A stretch of 43,319 nt of DNA, taken from contig JAWLHK010000030.1 of assembly GCA_041690355.1 (NCBI GenBank), positions 1-43,319 of the forward strand, read 5' to 3'. The stretch comes from a bacterium (GTDB lineage Bacteria; J088; JAWLBW01). Numbering within the stretch: the first letter of the stretch is position 1; each line of letters opens with the position of its first letter. Positions 11,227 through 18,855 of this stretch are shown here, one piece after another. The notes beneath the pieces were generated by a model that was given only the letters and a program-made list of their open reading frames with translations, was not told the DNA's origin and did not search any database. Both the position numbers and the translations under genes were made by a program.

Positions 11227-11637
11227 TTACCGGAACGGATTCAACACCCGAATCCCGCACGCCTCGAAGTCGCGTTCATTGCGCGTGACCAGCGTGAGGT
11301 CGTGCACCGCGGCCGTCGCCGCAATCAGCATGTCGGCCTGCGTGCGGGGTTTGCCCATGCGTTGCAGGCGGCCCCGCATCGCTCCGGCCTGTTCAGCGAT
11401 CGTCTGGTCCACCGGCAAGACGGTTGCGTGCCGCTCCAGGAACGCCGCAAACCAGGCTGCGATCCTCGCGTTCGGCCGCCACGCGAGGCCATAGGCAATT
11501 TCCTCGACGGTGACGGCGCTGAGGAAGACGCACGTGACCCCCGCGGCCCAGCGGAGTACACCGGGGTCGGGCCGGGGACGCGCGAGTTCGGCCAGGATGT
11601 TCGTGTCGACGAGCACGCTCAATGGGAGGACGCTCAT
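11227..11637 (-). CDS. vapC: VapC-type PIN toxin
   Basis: LVDTNILAEL, SAVTVEEI, ADMLIAATA..LVTRNERDF..VLNPF with acidic active-site residues retained. Confidence 0.9.
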   Translation of the reverse strand: MSVLPLSVLVDTNILAELARPRPDPGVLRWAAGVTCVFLSAVTVEEIAYGLAWRPNARIAAWFAAFLERHATVLPVDQTIAEQAGAMRGRLQRMGKPRTQADMLIAATAAVHDLTLVTRNERDFEACGIRVLNPFR

Positions 11638-11650
11638 GGGGCGGGGACGC

Positions 11651-11932
11651 TCATTCGTCGTCGGCGCCGAACGGGTTGGCGCGGTCACGACGGGGGGGCG
11701 CCTCGAAGACATATCCCTCGCTCTCGCACAGACCGCGCAGCGTTTGCGTCGCCTGGGCGAGGCTTTCCTGATCCTGCGCACGCCGCCAGCGTTCGTACCG
11801 CTCGAATTCCCGGGGGCCGAGCATGGCGCCCGCCAGCCGGCCGCGGTTATACACGGCCTGGGGCTCGGCCTCGGCATCCTTGAGGAACCGGGCAAAGAAT
11901 TTCCGCGCCTGGGCGATGGACCATTCCTTCAT
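11651..11932 (-). CDS. Phd/YefM family antitoxin
   Basis: WSIAQARKFFARFLKDAEAEPQAVYNRG pattern directly upstream of vapC; start may be 11938. Confidence 0.8.
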   Translation of the reverse strand: MKEWSIAQARKFFARFLKDAEAEPQAVYNRGRLAGAMLGPREFERYERWRRAQDQESLAQATQTLRGLCESEGYVFEAPPRRDRANPFGADDE

Positions 11933-11958
11933 GTACATCAGTATAGGCGTCATGTACA
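11932..11958. promoter_or_regulatory. Putative antitoxin operator: two TGTACA palindromes
   Basis: TGTACA at 11932-11937 and 11953-11958 at the antitoxin start. Confidence 0.5.
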
Positions 11959-12000
11959 ACGCGTGCAACGGGCTGTCCGGACGTCGGACGTCGGGGTAAG

Positions 12001-12080
12001 GACAAGACCGTGGTACCCGCTATTTGCCAAAACATGGGTACCGGTTCTTGCCGGAATGTCAGCGCTCAGCGCTTGGCGCT
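12001..12080. repeat. Family B dispersed repeat, copy 2
   Basis: Matches ~370-452 and ~14848-14930. Confidence 0.8.
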
Positions 12081-12129
12081 CGGCTCTTCGCCACTTGACG
12101 CCTCGCCCCGGCCGCTCTACCGTGTTCCG

Positions 12130-13497
12130 ATGGAATTCGCGCCGTTTCATTCCCTGTTCCTCGAAGTTGCGGAAGACGATCTCCTGCGCATCGAGATCAG
12201 ACCCGGCGATCCCCTCCCCAAGGGGGAATATGCATTTCTCGAACACTACTGCATGGATGCCGGCTGTGACTGCCGGCTCGTCATGCTCCAGGTCGTCTCC
12301 CTGAAGCACCCGAAGAAAGTGCTCGCGACCGTGCAGTACGGCTGGGCGCCGCTGAAGCACTACAAGGCGCAGTTCGGTGACGCCGCGGCGAAAGAGGCCA
12401 AGGGGCCGAGCCTGGTCGTGGGGGCGCCCCAGTCGCGCCAGGCCGATCTGTGGCTCGAAATCGTGACCGAGGTCCTGCGCGAAAAGCCGGTGGCAGCCCA
12501 GCTGCGCACCCATTACCGGATGTGGAGAGAAGCGGTGAACCGTGCGGGTGACCTGCCGGATCTCCTGTCGCACTTCGAGCCCGACGATGCCCGCGAACTG
12601 GCCGAGCAATTGCTGCGGTTCGCCCAATCACCGCCGCCGCTCGCCGCCCGGGAACCGCTGCCGGGGACCGACCTGCCCGAACCCGATGCGTTCTATGCCT
12701 ATGCGCTCGGGCCGATTGAAACGGGTGAAGGGAGCGTCCAGGCCTACATGGCCGGGTCGCGGGCTTTCGCGTTGCCCCCCATCCTCGGCGGGAAACCTGC
12801 CGAGGCCCTGCGCGCCCTCCAGGCCCAGACCGGCGGCGCGCCGTTGTATGTGGAACCCGCGCTGGCCGCGGCCGCGCGCGCCGCGAAGCTCGCGACCGCA
12901 TCGCCGCCGGACTGGGCGCTGACCATGCGGGCTCATCTCGCGACGCGGCTGGCGCTCGCCGGGTTGGGAGAGAACCTTACGGCGGAGCTGATCGACGAGT
13001 TCCTTCCTGCCCTGACCGCTTTCTGTCACGCGGAACCCTGGCGCTACTGGCCGGATCGGTTTCCGCTGCGCGTCACGGTCGATGCCCCGCGCGCCGAGCG
13101 GTTCGAGGGCTCGATCATGGGCGCCGCCGGCCTCGAGTACGGTCTTGCCCTCTACCGGAAGCCGGGGGCCGTTGCCCGGATTCACACGCTAGCGGCCCAA
13201 GGACAAGCCGACAAGGCGCGGGAACTGGCCGACGGCATTGCGATCACCTTCGATGCCGAGCCTGCGTGGGCCGCCCGCGCCGTCGGCGACCGGTTCGGGT
13301 TTGACCGGATTCCCCTCCCCTACGCGCTGCGCAAGGGGCAGATGCTGCCGGTGCGCGCCTCGGAAGCAGCGGTGCTGGCCGCCTGTCTGCACGCGTGCGC
13401 GCTGCTTTCGCCGGGCCGTCTGGAAGCGACCGCCGAAATCGTATTCGAGGGGAAACCGGTCCACGTGACCGTGGTGGCGCCGCCGGTGGCGCATTAG
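12130..13497 (+). CDS. Hypothetical two-domain protein with N-terminal CxxxxCxC (putative metal-binding) motif
   Basis: Long ORF with host-like codon usage; HYCMDAGCDCR; TTGACG-17-TACCGT just upstream of ATG 12130. Confidence 0.7.
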   Translation: MEFAPFHSLFLEVAEDDLLRIEIRPGDPLPKGEYAFLEHYCMDAGCDCRLVMLQVVSLKHPKKVLATVQYGWAPLKHYKAQFGDAAAKEAKGPSLVVGAPQSRQADLWLEIVTEVLREKPVAAQLRTHYRMWREAVNRAGDLPDLLSHFEPDDARELAEQLLRFAQSPPPLAAREPLPGTDLPEPDAFYAYALGPIETGEGSVQAYMAGSRAFALPPILGGKPAEALRALQAQTGGAPLYVEPALAAAARAAKLATASPPDWALTMRAHLATRLALAGLGENLTAELIDEFLPALTAFCHAEPWRYWPDRFPLRVTVDAPRAERFEGSIMGAAGLEYGLALYRKPGAVARIHTLAAQGQADKARELADGIAITFDAEPAWAARAVGDRFGFDRIPLPYALRKGQMLPVRASEAAVLAACLHACALLSPGRLEATAEIVFEGKPVHVTVVAPPVAH

Positions 13498-13507
13498 CGG
13501 ACCGGAG

Positions 13508-13779
13508 CGGCCCCCACGCTCGTGCATAACGTGAACTACGGCTCCCCGGGGGGAGCATCCGGCGACGTAGGCGATTACGGACCCCTTCTGGCCCCCACCT
13601 TGTGCACATCGTGAACCAGGGCTCCCCCAGGGGAGCATCCATTGCTGCAGGCGAGACAGCGTGCTCAAGGTGCTCCCGACCCCAGCGGGGTCGCACTCTT
13701 GAGACGCGCCGTGCGGTGCGGAATCGTTCCCCCAAGGCTCGGGAGCGCCGGCACGGCGCGAGCGAGTCGTCCTTTGCGC
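13508..13779. repeat. Composite palindromic intergenic repeat
   Basis: Aligns with 1236-1499; lies between convergent genes. Confidence 0.8.
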
Positions 13780-14766
13780 TCAACGGACGAGGCGTAAACG
13801 GGCCGCGCGGGGTTTGGGCACGCGGATCCGGTGCAGGCGTTTGTTGACGGCCGCGCGGTCAAACCGGCCGGGGTCGAAGCTGCCGCCGAGCCACTCCCGG
13901 TAGCTCTCGTGCTCGTCATCGCCGGGATCCGCGAGCGAGGCCAGCATGCGCTCATACCCCGGCGGTCCGCCGACGTCTTCGGGAGGACACGCATTCTTCC
14001 CCGCCAGGCAACTGATGCGCCCGTCCGGCGGCGGCTCGGCGAGCACCTTTTCGACGACGACCTCGTGCTCCCAACTGTCGCCGAAATCGTATTCGTAGAT
14101 CAAGTGGTCCTTGGGCGCGCCGAGGAGATCGCCCACGTACATCTTGCGCTCGTCCCCATCGGGCGGCGTGAAGTCGTCTTCGTGGGGAATCGCATAGCGC
14201 AGATGTCCGAGCAGGAACTGGTGCAGGTGGCTGTCGGTCCACCCCATCGCTTCCTGCAGAACCGTGTGCAATGCGGGCAGCTTGAGATCCGCGGGCACGA
14301 CCACGCGCCGCCAGACGGCCGGTGCGACATGCCGCAGCGTAACCTTGAGCTGCAGCCAGGCGCCTGCCGGCGCATGTGCCCTGGGCCGGGTCGCGGGCTG
14401 CGCCTTCTGCAGATTGACGATGATGTTCGAGAGCGGGAAAAGGTTACTCTCGACGTAGGCGGCAATCTGGCGGGCTTCGCTCTGCGACAGAAGCTCCATC
14501 AAGACGTGGGCCTGCAGGTAGGTCTCGGCCAGGGCGAGCAGATCGAGATTGTCGCTGTCGTCGCGCCCCTCCGCGAGCGCGCCGGCGAGCGCACCCGGGG
14601 TCCACGTCTTCTCCCGCGCAGCGCGCGGGATCTGGTAGGCCATCGGTCCGACCGCGTACCGGCCGAACTGCGTGTCGAGGATCGTGGCCAGCATGCCGAT
14701 CTCGAGGAGCCACTCGGCGTTGGAGGCGGGAAGCGGGCGATCGGCGGCATTCGGTACGCGAGACAT
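13780..14766 (-). CDS. Plasmid pRiA4b ORF-3 family protein with N-terminal extension
   Basis: LQLKVTL..VWRRVVVP..LHTVLQEAMGWTDSHLHQF, YEYDFGDSWEH, CPPEDVGGPPGY; start uncertain. Confidence 0.88.
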   Translation of the reverse strand: MSRVPNAADRPLPASNAEWLLEIGMLATILDTQFGRYAVGPMAYQIPRAAREKTWTPGALAGALAEGRDDSDNLDLLALAETYLQAHVLMELLSQSEARQIAAYVESNLFPLSNIIVNLQKAQPATRPRAHAPAGAWLQLKVTLRHVAPAVWRRVVVPADLKLPALHTVLQEAMGWTDSHLHQFLLGHLRYAIPHEDDFTPPDGDERKMYVGDLLGAPKDHLIYEYDFGDSWEHEVVVEKVLAEPPPDGRISCLAGKNACPPEDVGGPPGYERMLASLADPGDDEHESYREWLGGSFDPGRFDRAAVNKRLHRIRVPKPRAARLRLVR

Positions 14767-14817
14767 GCGGGTCAGCGTATCAGAAGGTTGACCGGGCGGC
14801 GACTGGCGCCGATCATC

Positions 14818-14930
14818 GGACGCCGGTAGGCACCCACCTTGGGGAAAGACAAGACATAGGGACCGGCGATTTGCCAAAACATGGGTACCCGTTCTTGCCG
14901 GAATATCAGTGCTCAGCGCTTGGCGCTTCT
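14818..14930. repeat. Family B dispersed repeat, copy 3
   Basis: Shares the GGACGCCGGTAGGC leader and the core with 346-452. Confidence 0.8.
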
Positions 14931-14959
14931 CCCCCAAGGCACCCGAGGAACGGTGGACA

Positions 14960-15431
14960 CCCACTGTCCACCCTCTCGGCTACCGTGGCATGGCGCCCGG
15001 ATCACTTCGAGAACGCGCCCCCTGAGCTGCGCGCCGCAGCCCACGAACGGATGTGCGCCCTCACCGAAGCCTACCGGCAACTCGTGAATCTGCTCGTGCG
15101 CGACGGAAGCGGGTACGGCGGGGGCGACCGGGAGAGCGCCGACGTGGCCCGGTGGGTCGGGCGGGCGCACGGCCACGACACCGACCTGCGCTCCGGCGAC
15201 TACGCCGAGATTGTCGAGATCGGCCCGCAGGACGACTTCTACACCCGCCGCGACGCCTTCCTGGGCGCCCTCGTCCTGATCCGCGATCCGCTCCCCCGCG
15301 GCCTCGGCTGGTACTGCGTGCATGTCGCCTTCCACCTCAACCCACGCCTCCTCGCCCGCCATGCCGACGGGGCCCTGTTCGGGTATGTGCGGTTGCGGCG
15401 GGTTATTCATGCAGAAATGGAGAAGGGGTGA
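14960..15431 (+). pseudogene. Probable 5'-truncated J-domain-containing gene
   Basis: WRPDHF..ELRAAAHERMCALTEAYRQL resembles the second half of a J domain (HPD replaced by RPD); the ORF start lies inside a repeat. Confidence 0.45.
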
Positions 15432-15721
15432 CGTGGCTGCCATGAGACCATTCTGGAGTCATCGAGTGACATACGACGCCCCCGTCGGCATCGCTTCACA
15501 ATGACACAGATATGGCCACTCTCCAGCGGTATGCATGCCGGTGATTCACGACGCTCGGGACCCAGCTGTTGCCTAAGCCAGAGACAAGTTAATCGCGCGC
15601 TCTCAGGTCGAAAGTACCACGCAGCAATTGAGGGGGCACTTGTCTTACATTCACACGAGTGCGCGACCGCCATGTGTATCGGCGGAGATCCGTCACAGGC
15701 CCAGGCGGCGGGGATTACGGT

Positions 15722-16459
15722 TTATGAGGGGGCCAAGCCACAAGCCCTCATCGTCCCACAACATGCCAAGCCCGAATTCGCCTGGTAGAACTGTTGTTCA
15801 GCTTTGCGAACCTCATCGCGAAGTTTGCGAATTTGAATGAGGTTGGGCCCATGGCATGCCTCCACTCGAAGTGCCGACCCGCAAGGGCACTGCTTACCCG
15901 GGGTCGTGGTTGTGTTCCACTCTTGCAGTGAGGCGGGGACAGTCTCGAGGACCCTATCTAATTCAATTTGGATCTCGGCCGCTTTCCGTCCATGCGGCCA
16001 TGCGTCGTCCTGCCATTTTCCGGAGAGGGTGGCTTTATTCTGAAGCTTCAGAAAATGATGCAGGATGCCCCAGAATTTCTGGGCGTCGTTTCGTGTAATG
16101 GGATATGACGGTTGACTGGGGTCAAATCCCAGGCAGAAATACCCCTCCCGCACGATGTGTCTGGGGAAGCAGACTCCTGGTAGCTTTCTCGCCCCCGGAA
16201 ATTCACGAACCCTGACCGCACCTGGAGCAAACGGTCTTGCGGGCACCCACGAAGGGTCTGTAATCTCAATGACATACGTGGGACCCCGGCCATCGAGTTG
16301 CTCGGTGGCTACACCTGCCAAAAGCGTCGGCGTCCTTACGCAGCCGGGCAGCGTCAGGGCGTCAAGTCTCGTGTCTGACGAGCCGACCAAAAGTGAGGTT
16401 GTCACGTACTTCCGATCAGCCTCACGTTCCAGAAGAATGAGTGCAGGTGAAGGAGTCAT
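15722..16459 (-). CDS. Prokaryotic E2 (ubiquitin-conjugating-like) protein with SEC-C-like zinc motif
   Basis: PRHIVREGYFCLG resembles the E2 HPNI..G.ICL catalytic-Cys motif; CPCGS..CHG and CCGTM..C tail; ATGA overlap with the cyclase stop. Confidence 0.7.
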   Translation of the reverse strand: MTPSPALILLEREADRKYVTTSLLVGSSDTRLDALTLPGCVRTPTLLAGVATEQLDGRGPTYVIEITDPSWVPARPFAPGAVRVREFPGARKLPGVCFPRHIVREGYFCLGFDPSQPSYPITRNDAQKFWGILHHFLKLQNKATLSGKWQDDAWPHGRKAAEIQIELDRVLETVPASLQEWNTTTTPGKQCPCGSALRVEACHGPNLIQIRKLRDEVRKAEQQFYQANSGLACCGTMRACGLAPS

Positions 16460-17949
16460 TCCGCAAAGGCCCGACTCTTTACGAGCACGGGGCCCCCTAC
16501 CTGCTGTAAGACCTCCAATTTGGCTTTCTCGGCCGCCTTCTCGGGGATATGAGCCTCAACCATGTTAAAAGTCAGCTGGGTAGATTTTCCATTGGTATCG
16601 AAGAGGTCGCGAAAGTGTTCCGGGAGCTTCTTCTGCATGACCTCACCGACTGCCGTCTCGGAGCCACTGCAACGTTCCTGAGCAGCCTCCGAGCTGTAGA
16701 CTGCTTGGCCACCAGCCGCGCGAACTCGGCTGCCTTTCACCCCAAGGCGGGTGATGCTGAGCGGCCCGAACTCCAGTCCGATGGCCAAGCCGAGCACCTG
16801 CGTATCCGGTAGGATCTCTTGGATTTCTGCGAATGCGTCCCTCATCGCGCCGGCTGCCAGTAGTGCCTGGGTGATCGTCGCATTGACGTCAGTCGCTTGC
16901 GCACCCACGGCAATCATGGCATGCATGCAGTCCCCGATGTACCGAATCTTTCGACCCTCGAATACCTGGTGAATGATATTCCGCAGCTCGGTGCGGATTA
17001 CGTGGAGCGCCTGAATCGCCCCCTTCGCGTCTCCGTTCTCGATTGCTTCGCGAACGTACTTTGTAAAGCCGTCGATGTCCGCATAGATCGAGATGGCTTC
17101 GATGCGCCTCGAGTTGGCTGGGGTCAGTACACCAAATTCAAGTTGGTTCAGTGGGGGTGTCGGTCTCGAGAAGGAAATTTCCGAGAGCCGGTGCTCGGTG
17201 AGCTCCTCTTCCCAAGCATCGAGAAGCGAGTCCATTACGATGCCGAGCTGGGCGGCGGTTTCACAGTCTTCGATCTGGCCACTCGTCAATGGTGTCTGTT
17301 TCGGGTTGCTGGCTGCCCAACCTGCCCCCATCGACGATCTCGCCTGAGAACCAAGGTAAATGCCTTCCTGGTTGCCGGCGAGCAGTTTCGCGGCCTGGTT
17401 TGCGGGCTCCCCAATGAAAAGCGGTTCCCGATCGCCGTTCGTTCCGTTGTTCACGGCCAGCGAAATGCCCGACTCGATACCAATCCGAACTCTCACGTCA
17501 GGCAGTTCTTCGTGAAGCTCATCTGCCGCTTTCAGCAACCGCCACACCAAATTGGCCACCGCCACGGCGTTCTGGACCCTCGCTACTTCGCGAGAGGTAT
17601 CCTGGCCGTCGTAAGGTTTAAACACAACGAAGTGTAATCGCGCGTTCTGAAAGTCAACCCTCATGGCAGCATCCGTGTTCCGAAACACGGTATGGCAAGC
17701 CCGGACGTACAGGTTCAAAAAGCGAAGGTATCGTTTATGACTGCGTTCAGAATCCGACTTGTCGGTTTGAAGCAGCTCGCGGGCGTTCAGAATGTCGATA
17801 TAGACGTGAACACCTCGTACCAGGTAGGCCTTTCCGTTCGGGATAGAGGTCAGGTCCCGCTCTCGGACAAGGTCGACAATTTCCGGATTGGCGAGCTTCT
17901 TCTTCTCCGCTTCGCTACGCTTCCGGCTTTCTTCGATTGACCATTTCAT
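16456..17949 (-). CDS. Tandem class III nucleotide cyclase (two adenylate/guanylate cyclase-like domains)
   Basis: Domain 1: VYIDILN, RIGIESG, IGEPANQAAKL. Domain 2: IYADIDGFT, RYIGDCM, AIGLEFG. Confidence 0.85.
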   Translation of the reverse strand: MKWSIEESRKRSEAEKKKLANPEIVDLVRERDLTSIPNGKAYLVRGVHVYIDILNARELLQTDKSDSERSHKRYLRFLNLYVRACHTVFRNTDAAMRVDFQNARLHFVVFKPYDGQDTSREVARVQNAVAVANLVWRLLKAADELHEELPDVRVRIGIESGISLAVNNGTNGDREPLFIGEPANQAAKLLAGNQEGIYLGSQARSSMGAGWAASNPKQTPLTSGQIEDCETAAQLGIVMDSLLDAWEEELTEHRLSEISFSRPTPPLNQLEFGVLTPANSRRIEAISIYADIDGFTKYVREAIENGDAKGAIQALHVIRTELRNIIHQVFEGRKIRYIGDCMHAMIAVGAQATDVNATITQALLAAGAMRDAFAEIQEILPDTQVLGLAIGLEFGPLSITRLGVKGSRVRAAGGQAVYSSEAAQERCSGSETAVGEVMQKKLPEHFRDLFDTNGKSTQLTFNMVEAHIPEKAAEKAKLEVLQQVGGPVLVKSRAFAE

Positions 17950-17959
17950 CGTGAATTCC

Positions 17960-18523
17960 TCAACTCACAAGATTCAAAATAAGGGCCGCGACCAGCGCCA
18001 CCAAGCCGGCCAGTGCCGACGTCAGCCGTGCTCTCCCGAACCATTTATACTTTTTGGCGACAATCCGAGCCTGTTTGTACACTTGGAACGAGAGGTCGAC
18101 CCAAGCGGCCCGTCGGTCGAGACGAGCATATCGGTCGACATACTCTTTTCTCGGTGCGTCAGCGACCGCTCCGAAGTAGATCAACTCCTCCGGCTTATAG
18201 TCCTCGGGCCAGCCGCCTTGGTACTCGTCCTGATCCAGGCGTGCCTTCACGAGTGCGTAAATGCAGACGTACGAGGCGATCAGTAAACCCAGGCTCCCTA
18301 GGAGAGCCAAAATGACCATGGTTTTCAGCGGACAGTAGCCTGCCAAGACTTCGCTTGCCCGGACTTTGGGTGCCAGATCGGCCGAAAGCAGCACAAAGAT
18401 AGCCGCGTTCACCGGGATCAGGAAGGCACCCTTTCGGTCTGCAGCCTGAATCTGGCCATCCACGTGCAGGTTGGCCTGCTGCGCATGTTGATAGCGCAGT
18501 TGTAGTTGTTCGTCGTCGGTCAT
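17960..18523 (-). CDS. Pycsar-type transmembrane effector (PycTM/DUF5706-like)
   Basis: IQAADRKGAFLI, hydrophobic helices, LIYFGAVA, DLSFQVY..ARIVAKKY; ends 10 nt before the cyclase ATG; alternative start 18550. Confidence 0.8.
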   Translation of the reverse strand: MTDDEQLQLRYQHAQQANLHVDGQIQAADRKGAFLIPVNAAIFVLLSADLAPKVRASEVLAGYCPLKTMVILALLGSLGLLIASYVCIYALVKARLDQDEYQGGWPEDYKPEELIYFGAVADAPRKEYVDRYARLDRRAAWVDLSFQVYKQARIVAKKYKWFGRARLTSALAGLVALVAALILNLVS

Positions 18524-18806
18524 GCCTGTTCTCCACAGCTCGGCAACCACTCGATGAGCGGATAAGACCGGAGATGACAGGCAGGCGCTTGCGCGCCAGG
18601 GGGTAATTTGCTAAGTTGAGGATGCGATATCTGGTTGCCTGTCAACCAGCCTATGTACGGGGAAGTCATGTTGGCGCATGACTTCCCCATTTTTTTTGCC
18701 AATCTTGATATGTAAGCCTTAGTGCTCCCGCGAAAGAGACTCTTTCCGTCCTCGGCAATGAGCGCTCGGAATCATGCCACCTACAGTGAAGCACATTCTG
18801 CGCACG

Positions 18807-18849
18807 TTGACAAGTTACGTCTACCTGCCCATAATTATGGGCAGGAGGA
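18807..18849 (+). promoter_or_regulatory. Sigma70 promoter with overlapping palindromic operator and RBS
   Basis: TTGACA (18807-18812), 17-bp spacer, CATAAT (18830-18835); perfect palindrome CCTGCCCATAATTATGGGCAGG (18824-18845); AGGAGGA RBS. Confidence 0.85.
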
Positions 18850-18855
18850 GTACAC

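Noticed and set aside
10732-15431. Integron cassette array
   Set aside because: Genes are in mixed orientation, no convincing attC RYYYAAC..GTTRRRY sites were seen, and there is no integrase
15407-15720. Fourth gene (E1 or JAB) downstream of the E2
   Set aside because: Only short ORFs without ThiF GxGxxG or JAB HxH motifs
15722-18523. Canonical CBASS
   Set aside because: No CD-NTase/SMODS nucleotidyltransferase motif; the enzyme is a class III cyclase
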